NCBI RefSeq assembly: GCF_011386835.1
Contig: NC_088806.1
Location: 310,001 to 374,000 of the forward strand
Length of the DNA stretch: 64,000 nt
Direction: 5' to 3'
DNA from: Chrysemys picta bellii
Taxonomy: Eukaryota
Made by a program: the position numbers and the translations under genes. The notes beneath the pieces were generated by a model that saw only the letters and a list, made by a program, of their open reading frames with translations, made no database searches and was not told the DNA's origin. Every line of letters begins with the position of its first letter. The first letter of the stretch is position 1. This document shows, in pieces, positions 23,950 to 36,049 of this stretch.

Positions 23950-24730
23950 AACGCTCCGTCCCCCTCCTCTTAGCGCTTCCCCCCTCCCCTCCCCATAGCG
24001 CAGCCCCCTAGCGCCTCCCCTTCCCCGCCCCATGGCGCAGCACCCCCTAGCACCTCCTCCCCTCCCCTCCCCATAGCGCAGCCCCCTAGCGCCTCCCCTC
24101 CCCCGCCCCATAGCGCAGCGCCCCCTAGCGCGTCCCCCTCCCCTCCCCATAGCGCAGCACCCCCTAGCACCTCCCCCTCCCCTCCCCATAGCGCAGCCCC
24201 CTAGCGCCTCCCCTCCCCGCCCCATAGCGCAGCGCCCCCCTAGCGCGTCCCCCTCCCCCTCCCCATAGCGCAGCATCCCCTAGCACCTCCCCATCCCCGC
24301 CCCCATAGCGCAGCCCCCTAGCACCTCCCCTCCCCATAGGGCCTCCCCCCATAGCGCAGCCCCCTAGCACCTCCCCTCCCCCTAGCGCAGCGCCCCCAGC
24401 ACCTCCCCGCCCCATAGCGCAGCACCCCCTAGCACCTCCTCCTCCCCTCCCCATAACGCAGCCCCCTAGCGCCTCCCCTCCCCGCCCCACAGCGCAGCGC
24501 CCCCAGCGCCTCCCCCTCCCCATTGCGCAGCGCCCCTAGCGCCTCCCCTCCCCATAGCGCCTCCCCCGCCCCGCCCCATAGTGCAGCCCCCTAGCACCTC
24601 CCCTCCCCCTCCCCACAGCGCAGCGCCCCCAGCACCTCCTTGCCCCATAGCGCAGCCCCCTAGCGCCTCCCCCTCCCCATAGCGCCTCCCCCTCCCCGCC
24701 CCCCCAGCGCAGCCCCCTAGCGCCGCCCCC
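23950..24730. repeat. C-rich minisatellite
   Basis: Recurrent ccccatagcgcagc(g)ccccctagc(g/a)cctcccc units. Confidence 0.9.
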
Positions 24731-25164
24731 ACTCCCTGCACTGGGCAGTCCTGGGTGCCAGCGGACAGCGCCCCCCTGGAGCAGGAAGGCAGCGCCAGCT
24801 CCTCCACGTCCTTTCCCTGACCCCCCAGCTCCCATCTGCTGGGGGGCAGGGCCCAGCTAATCCGCTCACTAGCGGCTTAGCGCTGCGTTAGGGGTCGGGC
24901 GGTGTCAACCCGCCTCAGAGCGACAGCCAGACAGGGGGACCCCCTCCGCCAGCCTGGGACAGAGACAGTGCTCAGCCCCGAGCCCCGACCCAGGCCCCTG
25001 GAGCCCCCACTCTGGCCCCGATGAGCAGCAGGAGGAAGCCACACTGGCCACCATTGTCCAGTACGCACCTGGATCTGTCGCCAGAGCGGGAGGGCTGGCT
25101 TCCTTCCTGCTGGGCCCTGGAGCAGATGGCCGGCCTGACCAAGGGGGGCCCTGTCTGAGACGAT

Positions 25165-25650
25165 GGGGGCTGCGAGTGAGGGGCACCGGCAGAGCTGGGG
25201 GGCAGGGCTGGCTTAGCAGGGGCTGTGGTCAGGAGTGAGGGGCACCAGCAGAGCTGGGGGGGGGCAGGGCTGGGCTGGCAGGGGCTGCGGGTCGGCAGTG
25301 AGGGGCACCGGCAGAGCCTTGGGGGGGCAGGGCTGGGCTGGCAGGGGCTGCGGGTCGGCAGTGAGGGGCACCGGCAGAGCTTGGGGGGGCAGGGCCCGGG
25401 CTGGCAGGGGCTGCGGGTCGGGAGTGAGGGGCACAGGCAGAGCTGCGGGGGACAGGTGCTGCGGGTCGGGAGTGAGGGGCACCAGCAGAGCTGGGGGGGG
25501 GCAGGGCTGGGCTGGCAGGGGCTGTGGGTCGGCAGTGAGGGGCACCAGCAGAGCTGGAGGGCAGGGCTGGGCTGGCAGGGGCTGTGGGTCGGCAGTGAGG
25601 GGCACCGGCAGAGCTGGAGGGCAGGGCTGGGCTGGCAGGGGCTGTGGGCA
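25165..25650. repeat. About 60-bp minisatellite (family B)
   Basis: ggggctgcgggtcggcagtgaggggcaccggcagagctggggg…gcagggctgggctggca repeated. Confidence 0.9.
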
Positions 25651-26267
25651 GAGGAAGTCCATGAAGACAGGCAGGGTGGGGGGGTGGGAAGGAAGGAGAC
25701 AGAGCTGTCTGTCTGTCTGTCTGTCTGTCCCATCTGGGAAGGTGTCACATCCTGCTTGGGAAGTATCATCTCTTGGAGACAACCCAGGGCAATGCAGGCA
25801 GAAGGTCCCACGGCTGCCCCCTCAGTCAGTGCTGGCCCCAATGCCCCAGTGCGGCACCTGGGGGGTGCTGAGCTGCGGGGAGCGGGGTGGGGGCTCTCCC
25901 CTGGCAGGCAGGGCAGGGTGCAAAGGGCAGGCGGCAGCACATGGGGTGTGGGGGAGGTCAGGATGGAATGAGGGAGAGAGAGGCTCAGCAGAGCAGGTAC
26001 TAGCAGCACAGGACTCCTGGGTTCTCTCCCCGGCTCTGGGAGGGGGGTGGGGTCTGGTTTGTCAGAGCAGGGGGGACTGGGAGCCAGGACTCCTGGGTTC
26101 TCTCCCCGGCTCTGGGAGGGGAGTGGGGGCTGGTGGGTTAGAGCAGGGGGGGCTGGGAGCCAGGACTCCTGGGTTCTCTCCCTGGCTCTGGGAGGGGAGT
26201 GGGGGCTCGTGGGTTAGAGCAGGGGGACGCCTGGGTCCCACTGACCCCTCTTGGTCTCGGCAGGAGG

Positions 26268-29200
26268 ATGAAGCCGCTCCCCCGGTGCTGCCGGCTCCAG
26301 GTCCTCGGGGCCGCCCTGGCTGTGTGCATGACCATTGGCTTCACCCTCCAGCTGCTGGGGGCCCCTTTCCAATGGAGGTGAGTCCCCAGGGTGCAGCCGC
26401 AACAGGGGCGCCACCTGCTGGCCACGCGGGGGAACCACAGGGGCCTAAACCTAACGGAACGGAACGGGCCGGGGCGGGGCTGCACATCTCTGCCAGGTTT
26501 CCAGGAGCCAGTGAGCCCGCCGGCTGGTCTCCCTCCCCACTGCCGTCCTTCCCGGGCTGAGGGGAGAACACTACCCTCCTCACGCCGCCCCTAGGGGAAA
26601 AGGAGAACAAGCAATTTCAGTCGCACGGGATGGGGTGGGGAGACTAGGATGGGGCCAATGTGGCTCCACCGGGAGTCCCCCCACAAAGCGGAAACCCGGC
26701 GAACGGCTGTGGAGGGAAACGAACAAACGGCACAGGCAGGTCAGGAGGAAATCAGACCACGGCGCCGGATGGGCCAGGAACGGGAGGCAGAAAAGGTGCT
26801 TTCGACATGTCAGGAGCAGGAGGAGGACGGGGAAAGTGGAGGCCCGCTGCGTAGCGGGGAAGGAGTGCTGGGAACACATGGCATCGAGAGGGTGGAGGTG
26901 TTCACGGCCTGCCTGCACGTGGGGAGTAAACTGCCTGGGAACGGTGCCCAGCGTGAGACAGAGGGACACGGCCCAGGGCACTGTCGGAGCTTTGCTTGGG
27001 TCAAAGCCCCCCCCGGAAACTCCTGTTCGAGCCCCGCCCAGGAACCCCACTTTGCAGAAGGCTTTATGCAGGAACGACGGGGTAAACGGAACAATTTCTA
27101 CCCCAGCCCCACCATCCCCACTGTCAAGGGAGCGAGTGGGGCTGGCATGGGTTCAGAGAAAGGCAACCCAGGGTACGGAACGGCTTGTGGGAAGAGGAGG
27201 CCCTGAGATCGAAACCTTGGTATCAGAGGCCCGGGGCCAGGCCAGAGGCCTGGACTGAAGTCATGGTGAAGATGTTGCCCTGCTCCCAGATGTTGGCAAG
27301 GCCAGGGCTGCTGGTGCATAACATACCTGGAGTATATGGGATACTGGAGATAGAAACATGGTAACAGGACACTCGGGTACTGGCACATTCCACGCAGATA
27401 ACAAGGAACAGGCTGACCCGTCTAAAGACGGGGGCAAAAGGGGAATATGATGGATAGAATTGTTTTGTTCGAACCAACACATACAAGGTGAGAAGCGGCA
27501 CCTTGCTGCGTAGAGGGGTTGCCCCTCAATACGTCAGGAGTGATGTGTAACTTGTTTGTCACTGTGTATGAGAATACACCCCTGAGCAGATATCTTTGTG
27601 AGGCCGAGGGGGCAATGGAAAGTCCCGCCACTGACTGAGCTGCTCCATTGCCAGTGAGCACATATGTACCAGCAGCACCTTGGATATCTAATCCGGGGAG
27701 CCAGACTGTGTTCCTCTTCAACAATAAACCTGGCCAGGTGCCTTCGTATCTTACTAGAGTCTGTGGTCATGGGGGGGGTCTCCCGGGGGTCTGCTGTGCC
27801 AGCGATCTGCGCAGAGCCGGGGCAGCACACAGAGGGAACACGCACGCAGCCGACTGATACCAACATTGACCAGAGCAGAGCACCACCCCGGTAGCGTCTG
27901 ACGACACGGCTCCCGTATGAGGAGAGACCAAATAGACAGGGGCTGTTCAGCTTGGAAAAGAGACGCCTCGGGGGGACAAGATCGAGGTCTATAAAACCAG
28001 GAACGGTGCAGAGAAAGTGAAGAGGGAAGTGTTATTTACCCCTTCACACAATGCAAGAACCAGGGGTCACCTGATGACATTAACAGGCTGCAGGTTTTAT
28101 ACCAACAAGAAGCACTTTGTCACACAACTAACCTGCGGAACTCCTTGCCAGGGGATGCTGTGAAGGCCAAAAGGATAACTGGGTTCAAACAAGAAGTTCC
28201 TGGAGGCTAGGTCCACCAATGGCTACTAGCTGAGATGGTCCGGGACGCAGCCCCATGCTCTGGGCGTCCCTAGACCTCTCTCTGCCAGCTGTGGCAGTCG
28301 GGACAGATCTCTCCAGAACTCCCCCGAAGCTCTGGTGCTGGATCTTCGGCCTGACCCAGCAGAGCAGCAATAACCACATCTTGGAGTGAGCCGTTCTCGC
28401 TGCGAACGCCAGGCTCGTAGGTCAAACTGTACACGGACGCCACTGTCCTGCCGCTCTTGGCTGGCGCACGGATGTTCTCCCCTGCGGGGATCTGTCCGAA
28501 ACAGCCAGCGTCCGCTCAGTGCCGGGGATTGCAGCAAAGCGCCAGGGCCTCTGACCCGATCCCGGCAAACGGGCAGTCATGGCGCAGGGTGATACTGTAA
28601 CCAGCCACCATTCGGGCCGTACCCGGGTGGGTGCCCGGAGGGCGACCTCCCAGGTACAAAACCCCAACGTCCCCAGAGCATCCGCAGTGAATGTGTTCCT
28701 GAGGAGAACAGAGTTACCCCTTCTCTGCCAGGCTGCAGGGAAGGGACACTGGCTGAACGGGGATAGGAAGAGCCTAAAGACCCCGTAGCTACGTTGGACG
28801 TATCTGAATTGGCAGGGCTCGAATTCAGCCTTGGCTCCTGCGGGAACTAGCTGAAGTCATCTGAGACCCATTAGCGATGATCTTGGAGGACTCCTGGAAA
28901 GATGGGGGAGGCCTGGAGAAGGGGAAATGTAGCACCGGTCTTTGCAAAGGGGAACACGGAGGACGCAGGGAATGACAACCCAGCGGGGAGCCCCTGGACG
29001 GGAACGGGGTGACAAGGAGCAGCCGGCGTCACAAACAAACCCTGCCAGCCCGGTGTCATTTCTGTCACTGACGGGCCGACCTGCCTGGGGATGCGGGGCA
29101 AGTGTCAAACCGGACAGATCTCTTTCTAGTCTGGCTTTTGAGGCAGGCCCGCAGGACAGTCTCAGGAGCCAGCAAGGGAAACGGGATCAGAATTCAAAGT

Positions 29201-31370
29201 GACTCGGACAAATTGGAGGAGGGGTTGGAAATCCACCTGGCGAAACTCAGCACAGACAAGAGCCAAGGAAAAATCACACCCGCCCCCAGGAACGGGGGGC
29301 TCCTGGCTAGAGGTGGCTGCGCTGCTGACGGGGAGCGGGGGGTCTGGGTGGGTAGCAGACTGAACACGAGCCAGCAACGCGAGGCAGGGGCTGAAAGGGC
29401 CGATCTCCCGCCGGGGCCGGGGGTATTAACGGGGGCGGGAGGTGACGGGCTCCAGAGGGCAGCGCAGGGGTCAGGTTGAGCCAGCTGTCAAGCTCTCTGA
29501 GCCCGGGGGTCACATGGGGATGCCCCCCTCCAGGTTGGGAGATCCCTGGGGGGGAGGGAATGGGTTCTAGAGGGGGGCCTCTGTGCCCCCAAAGGCTGGA
29601 GGGGGCTGGGAGCCCTGCGGGGGGAGGGGATCCCCCATAGTTGGGTGTCAGGGGGGTCTCTGTCCATCTCTCACCTCCCCCCTTTGTTCCAGGGGCTCCC
29701 CAGACTGGCTGCCCCTCCTGCGGTCACTCCCCGGGGGTGGGGCTGAGGAGGGGGCCCCCTCCAGCCCTTTGTCCCCCCGGCCCTGCCAGCCCCGGCGCCA
29801 CATCGTCTTCCTGAAGACACACAAGACGGGCAGCAGCACCATCGTGAACCTGCTGCACCGGTTCGGGGAGACACGGGGCCTGCGCTTCGCCCTGCCCCCC
29901 CGCTACCAGTTTGGGTACCCCTACCCCTTCCAGGCCCGGCGGGTGAAGGGCTACAGGCCGGGGGGGCCCAGCTTCGATATCCTCTGCCACCACATGCGCT
30001 TCGACCTGCCCGAGGTGAGACGGAGGAGCCCAGGGGAGGGGCTCGGGGGGCTAGGGGCTATGCATTTGGGGAGATTACGGGAGAGGGGACTCAGGGGAGC
30101 TGGGGTCTTGCATTTGGGAGGAGAATGGGGGAGGGAGCTTGGGGACCAGGGGGCGTGCATTTGGGGGGAGCACGGGAGGTGGTTCGGGGGTCTGGGAGTG
30201 TGGGGGGAGGGGACTCAGGGAGTGTGCATTTGGGGGGAGCACAGGGGAGGGGACTCAGGGGGCTGGGGTCTTGCATTTGGGGGGAGAATGGGGGAGGGAA
30301 CTTGGGGGCGTGTATTTGGGGGAGCACAGGGGAGGGAGGTTGGGGGGACCAGGGAGCGTGCATTCGGGGGGGCGCACATGGAGGGGGTCTGGGGGGGCTG
30401 GAAGAAGACAGCATGGGGGACTCTGGAGGGAGCTGTGAGGAGGTATGGGGGAGAGCCTGGGGGGCTCTGAGGGGGAACACGGGGGGTTCCAGGAGGAAGG
30501 ATTTGAGGGTTCTCCTCCCCCCGCCCCACTCTCCCCCCTGCTCCTCTCCCCCAGGTGCAGAAAGTGATGCCCCCCGACAGCTTCTACTTCTCCATTGTGC
30601 GGGACCCGGGGTCGCTGGCCGAATCCGCCTTCTCCTACTACCGGGGGGTGGCGCCGGCTTTCCGCCGGGTGGGCTCGCTGGCCCAGTTTCTGGCGGCGCC
30701 CGAGCGGTTCTACGACCCGGCCGAGCGGGGCAACCACTATGCCCGCAACCTGCTGTGGTTCGACTTCGGGCTGGCGCCGCCGGCCACGCCGGGCCCCGAG
30801 GCTATGCGGGCGGTACTGGCCTGGCTGGACCGGACCTTCCCGCTGGTGCTGCTGATGGAGCACTTTGACGAGTCGCTGGTGCTGCTGCGGGAGGCGCTGT
30901 GCTGGGCGGAGGAGGACGTGGACGCCTTCCGGCACAACGGGCGCAACCCCCGGGCCGTGCGGCCGCTGGACCCCGCCCAGGCCGCCCGGCTGCGGGCCTG
31001 GAACGCCCTGGACTGGCAGCTCTACACCCACTTCAACCGCAGCTTCTGGCGCCGTGTAGAGGCCTTCGGGCCGGCCCGGCTGCGGGCCGAGGTGTCCCGG
31101 CTGCGGGAGCGGCGCCGGGCGCTGGCCGAGCACTGCCTGCAGGGCGGGGGCCCCATGGAGGCGGCCGGCATCCCAGACAAGCAGATCCGCCCCTTCCAGT
31201 TCGGCCAGGCGCAGATCCTGGGCTACGCGCTGCGGCCGGGGCTGGGGCCCGCCGACCAGGAGCTCTGCACCCGCATGGTCACCCCCGAGCTGCAGTACAA
31301 GGACAGGCTGGACGCCCGACAGTTTGGGGCCAACGACTCGGAGGGCGCGGCCGGGAGGGGGGGCAGGTAG
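26268..31370 (+). CDS. GAL3ST4: Galactose-3-O-sulfotransferase 4, 3 coding exons, about 415 aa
   Basis: Exons 26268-26377 ([37 protein letters not shown], type II anchor), 29693-30014 ([15 protein letters not shown] motif; [13 protein letters not shown]) and 30555-31370 (FSIVRDP…[11 protein letters not shown]). Phases are consistent and synteny fits. Confidence 0.95.
26650..28370 (+). mobile_element. Degraded CR1 ORF2 / 3' relics split by a solo LTR
   Basis: The ERLPYEER-coding stretch ggaacggct|cggctcccgtatgagg rejoins across the LTR. 27907-28260 aligns by eye with the CR1 at 40481-40860. 26650-27000 resembles the CR1 inter-domain region. Confidence 0.75.
27186..27906 (+). mobile_element. 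Solo LTR with 5-bp TSD
   Basis: TGT…ACA ends, TSD CGGCT at 27181-27185 and 27907-27911, AATAAA near 27723. Confidence 0.9.
28845..29480 (+). mobile_element. Old, internally deleted CR1 RT relic
   Basis: Decayed coding for LAEVISEPLAIIF…W…NIVPIFKKG…PGNY and RIQNDLDKLE. Confidence 0.65.
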
Positions 31371-31718
31371 CCGGGGGCCGCCTCTCCCCACCCCCCGCCC
31401 ACGGTACGGACCCCCTGGACCAGAGAGATGGGGGGTGGGGGGATGTGGTACATACCCTCATGGGGACCCCACAGATCTGACCCCCCGGCACAGACACGGG
31501 TAGATAGGGGGCACAGCCCCCCGGCACAGACATGGGGAGCAATGGGGCACAAAACTGTTGTATACACTAGGCCCGGTACTAACAAACTTCAACAGGACTT
31601 TATTTTTATGGTGGAAACCTCTTTACCAAGCTGCTGCTGCTGCACCCTCTGTAACTCTCCCAGCCTCCTCAACTCCTCCCGCTCCTTCCTGTTTCCTGTC
31701 CTTGCCGACTCCCAACAG

Positions 31719-32305
31719 TAGGGTTACCATACGTCCTCTTTTTCCCGGACATGTCCGGCTTTTCGGCACTCAAACCCCCGTCCGGGGGGAATTGCCGAAA
31801 AGCCGAACATGTCCGGGAAAATGGCGGCTCTGCTCCTCCCCGACTCTTCGGCTCTGTTTAAGAGCCGGGCTGCCCGAGCGCTACCGGCTTTGGGCAGCCC
31901 CCGTGCCTCCGGACCCTGCGCCGCCGGAGCCCGGGAGGGGAAGTGCCCGGCCAGGGACGCAGGGTCCGGAGGCAAGGGGGCTGCCCGAAGCCCGAGCGCT
32001 ACCGGCTTCACGGTTTGCTGGGCAGCCTCCAGACCCTGCGCCCCTGGCTGGGTGCTTCCCCTCCCGGGCTCCAGCTGCGCTGGGGAAGCGCCGGCCGGGG
32101 GCGCAGGGTCTGGGGGCTGCCCGGCAAACCCTGAAGCCGGTAGCACTGGGGCAGCCCTTTCCCCCTGGCTGGGAGTGGGAGGGAGGAGGGGCGGAGTTAG
32201 GGTGGGGAAGGGGCGGAGTTGGGGCGGGGCTAGGGGCGGGGAAATGGGCGGGGCCAGGGCCCGTGGAGGGTCCTCTTTTTTTATTTATGAGATATGGTAA
32301 CCCTA
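31719..32305 (+). mobile_element. hAT MITE
   Basis: TIR tagggttaccat with perfect 8-bp TSD cccaacag (31711-31718 / 32306-32313). The empty site is visible in the other LTR. Confidence 0.95.
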
Positions 32306-32476
32306 CCCAACAGCCAGTGCTCCCAGTTCTCATAATTACAGCAGTATCTAAACACCACATTCCCTCCTCTCTTAAGAAATTCTCCCACTTAAAATAAACG
32401 TTGTTCTGACCACAGGAACAAATAGGAAACAAAACACTATACTATTGGCAGAAATATTATACTGGAAACACTGGAG

Positions 32477-33336
32477 TAGCGTTACCATATTCAAACATTT
32501 AAAAAAGAGGACACTCCACGGGGCCCTGGTCCCGCCCCCGGCTCCACACCTTCCCCGCCCCCATTCCAACCCCTTCCCCAAAGTCCCTGCCCCAACTCTG
32601 CCCGCTCCTCTGACACCCCACATTCCCCCTCCTCCCTCCCGCTCTGATCTTGGTTGGGGGTTGCTAAGTGCTTCCCTGCTCCCCCCTCGCCCTGCAGCCT
32701 CTGTGCCCCCTGCTCCCCACTCGCCCTGCAGCCCCTGCGCCCCCTGCCCCCGCAGCCTCTATGTCCCTGCCTGCCCTGCTCCTCCTCGCCCTGCAGCCTC
32801 TGCGCCCCCCCGCCTGCCCCGCTCCCCCAGCAGCCTCTGCCTGGCGGGGGCTTCAGACGCTCAGCAGCGACTGGGGCAGCGCGGGTCCCTGCAGCCCCGG
32901 CACACGCCGCACTCCCTGCCCCGCGCCACAGCCTCCTTCCTGCCGCGTGGGGTGACGGGGCCGCAGGAAGGGTCCCCCAGTGGCCGGGGAGTCTCCGCCC
33001 GCGCGGGAAGCCCGAGCTGCTGGCTGGGCCCAGCCTCCCCATGGTCCTGCGGGCTCGGCTGGGGCGCGCGGTCCGCCAGGCCTCCGGGGGCAGCAGACGC
33101 CCCTCCGCCACCTTCTGCGGCTGCGCCCCCCCTTCCCCCGCCCGAGCTCGCTACAATGTAGCCGGGCGGCTGCGCTGCGGACCCGGCAGGTCGTGCTGGG
33201 GCCGGGCGGACCCTGGCTTATGCTGCCTCCCTATTTCCCCAGACATGTCCGGCTTTTTGGCAGTTCCCCCCGGACGGGGCTTTGAGTACTAAAAAGCCAG
33301 ACATGTCCGGGGAAAACTGGACGTATGGTAACCCTA
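32477..33336 (-). mobile_element. hAT MITE, opposite orientation
   Basis: TIRs tagcgttaccat / atggtaacccta with TSD cactggag / cactgtag (7 of 8). Confidence 0.9.
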
Positions 33337-33541
33337 CACTGTAGGTACCCACATAACATAGTCTCTAGTCCAGGCAGGTAGTCATCTGGGTCTGACAGGC
33401 CGTCTCTCAAGCCCTGGTTCCAGTGCAATGTCTTGTTGTGTTGGTTCGACGGTGAAGTCATCCAATGCAGACTGGGTGTTGGCATAATCTCCTCTTGGTG
33501 CATAGGCAGGTGCAAGATAAGAAGCATTCCATACCCGCCCA

Positions 33542-34163
33542 TCAGAAAGTCGATAGGTGTAAGGTCCCTTCTTCTCTTATGATTTTAAGAGGAGCTGTGA
33601 ATGTATGGTCCCCTTTGCGTAAAATTCCAGGTTTTCGTATTCTAACGAAGGAACCGCACTCAAACTTTGGTTCCTTAGCACCCCGCCGTTTGTCTGTGAA
33701 AGCCTTAGACTTTGCTTGGTTCTGCTCAACTGTTTTTCTCAATGAGTTGGTCTCTAATCATCTCATCTGCCATATTCCCAAAGTCACAAGTTACAATTGG
33801 ACTCCTCAGGGAAGCCATATACTGCATTCTAGTCTCCCCTGGTTTCTGCTCACGCTGGCGAAATCTGTAGCGATTAGCTACTACATTCACTTTTGGCCCA
33901 AAAAAGTTCTTTAATGCAGTGAGTGCAGTCTCATATTTATCATCTGCAAGGGGAAAAGTGTAAAATATACACTGCCCTTCTGCTCCAAGGCAGTGGATTA
34001 GCAGAGCACGCTTTCTTACTTCAGAAATCTCTGTAGCACTGATTGCAAGCAGATAAGTCTCAAACATACGGATCCAGGCAGTAAAAGCAATTGGCGGCTC
34101 ACCTGGGCTTTGCAGAAAGGGTGCAGGTGGGTTCAGAGGCAGAAGAGCGATCCTCGTCGCCAA
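33542..34163 (-). pseudogene. Gypsy gag N-terminus abutting an integrase C-terminal remnant
   Basis: 33726-34163 reads PFLQSPGEPPIAFTAWIRMFETYL…RYRFRQREQKPGE…MIRDQLIE (gag). 33542-33742 reads AFTDKRRGAKEPKFECGSFVRIRKP (integrase tail). Protease, RT and RNase H are absent. Confidence 0.8.
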
Positions 34164-34709
34164 AATGTTGTGTCACCCAGGCAAGGTACTAACAAACTTC
34201 AACAGGACTGCTACTGCTGCACCCTCTGTAACTCTCCCAGCCTCCTCAACTCCTCCCCGCTCCTTCCTGTTTCCTGTCCTTGCCGACTCCCAACAGCCCG
34301 TGCTCCCAGTTCTCATCATTACAGCAGCATCTAAACACCACAACCCCCCCTGGGATGCCCCCAAATCCTGGCTCCTGGGATGGACAGACAGGGCTGGGAC
34401 AATGGGTAAACCCTGCACACTTCCAGCTGTGTGGGGCGGCTGCCGCAGCCCCCCTTGCTCCAGCCCCGATGTCTCCGGGCTCCACCTGGACAATATTTAT
34501 TGGTCGGTTATCACAGGCCTGTAGCTGGGCAGTGAGTGCCTGGTGAGGTCTATACGGGGGTGGGGGGGATACTCGGTACCTCTCTTCTCCCCCCCCCCGT
34601 CACAGCAGGGTCGTTACATTCCCGGCTCAACGGGTCCCGCTTTCGTTGGTTTGTTTCCTTTTTATAAAATAATTAAATCAGGAAACTGGTCTGGAGATTA
34701 TAAATCGCC

Positions 34710-34715
34710 AATAAA
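34710..34715 (+). terminator. Candidate GAL3ST4 poly(A) signal
   Basis: AATAAA in AT-rich unique sequence, the first such signal after the Gypsy insertion. Confidence 0.45.
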
Positions 34716-34969
34716 GCCTTAAAACGCGGGGCGGGGTGGGGGCAGAGAGGGGGTGGGGGCGAGAGGGGGCAGGGTGGGGACAGAAAGGGGGCGGGGGTGG
34801 GGTGGGGGCAGAGAGGGGGCGGGGTGGGGGCAGAAGAGGGGCTCTGGGGGGCTGGAGGAGGGGGATGTATAGAAGAGGGGGCTGGGAGGGGGGAGACCCC
34901 CCCACGCCCCAGCCCCTCCCCCAGTCTGGCAGCACAAGCCCCGCCCCCACCCAGTTGGGGGGTTACAGG

Positions 34970-35557
34970 TAGGGTTACCATACGTCCGGATTTTCCTGGA
35001 CATGTCCGGCTTTTTGGGCTCCAAATCCCCGTCCGGGGGGAAATCCCAAAAAGCCGGACATGTCCGGGAAAATCGGGACCGGTGGGGCTGGGCCGGGGGC
35101 GCCGAGCGGGCTGGGGGTGCTCGGCCGGGGGCCCAGGGGCCGGCAGTACTGGGCGGGCCGGGGGTGCTTGGGCCCGGGGGTGCTTGGCCAGGGGCCCGGG
35201 GGCCAGGCTGGGGACCGGCAGTGCTGGGCGGGCCAGGGGTGCTCGGCCGGGGGGCCGGGGCCCCGGCAGTGCTGGGCAGGCCGGGGGTGGTCGGGCCCGG
35301 GGGTGGTCGGGGCCGGGGCCGGCACCCCAGGGCCCGAGCCGACCCAGGCTGGAGAGGCCGGGGGGGCCAGACTGGGCCGCGCCTCCTCCCCCCCACACGC
35401 CCCTTACCTGCTTCAGGCGAATCAAATGTTCGCGGGAAGCAGGGGAGGGGGCGGAGTGGGGGCGGGGACTTTGGGGAAGGGGCGGAGTTGGGGCGGGGGC
35501 AGGGGGCGGGGCCCGTGGAGTCTCCTCCTTTTGGAGGCTCAAAAGATGGTAACCCTA
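34970..35557 (+). mobile_element. hAT MITE, same subfamily as 18095-19331
   Basis: Perfect 8-bp TSD gttacagg (34962-34969 / 35558-35565). Both subterminal regions are shared with copy 1. Confidence 0.95.
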
Positions 35558-35599
35558 GTTACAGGAGCAAGGTTGGGACCCGGACAAGTCAATCATCCG

Positions 35600-35960
35600 A
35601 GGCAATCCAGGAAGTCCCGCCCCCGGAGGGCGTGCCAGAGCTGGGGAGTGGCCTCCAGGCCTGTCTATCATGCCTGGGCGTGGCCCCGGCATACCAGGAA
35701 GTCCCGCCTCCTCAGAGCCTTCCGGGGTGTGGGCAGCGGCTCCATCCGTCACGTACGACAGGCGAATCCTGGAACTGCCGCCTCGTTCTAGCGCCGGGAT
35801 TGGTCACTGGCTCTGTCCATTATCCGCCAGTGCCCCTGGGGCGGGGCCTCCCCCAGCCAGTGACGGGTGGGTTCGAGGGGGAGGGGCCGTTTCCCCCACG
35901 CGCTCTCCGATCGATGTGCTCGGCGCTCGGCTGCGCGCCCTGACCCCCCCCCTTCGCCCC
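35600..35960 (+). promoter_or_regulatory. Candidate TRAPPC14 promoter
   Basis: CpG-rich unique sequence with two CCAGGAAGTCCCGCC (ETS + GC-box) motifs near 35607 and 35693, an inverted CCAAT (gattgg, about 35798) and ggggcgggg. Confidence 0.6.
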
Positions 35961-36049
35961 CCGCGGCTCTGGCTCCGCCCCCTCCGCGCCCGGCCCCGGC
36001 TGCAGCGCCCGGCCCGGGACCCCCCCGAGAGCGGGACCCGCCCGGCCCA

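Larger units (their letters stand above)
31556..34342 (-). mobile_element. Internally deleted Ty3/Gypsy LTR retrotransposon
   Basis: LTRs at 34166-34342 and 31556-32359 (the latter with a MITE inserted). PBS TGGCGACGAGGAT (34149-34161) is complementary to the vertebrate tRNA-Ser(GCU) 3' end. PPT AAGAGAGGAGGGAA is adjacent to the 3' LTR. Flanks AAAC and ACCC do not match. Confidence 0.9.

Noticed and set aside
35860-35880. Pol III B-box / tRNA (GGTTCGAG)
   Set aside because: No A-box or cloverleaf. No tRNA or rRNA genes were seen anywhere in the window.
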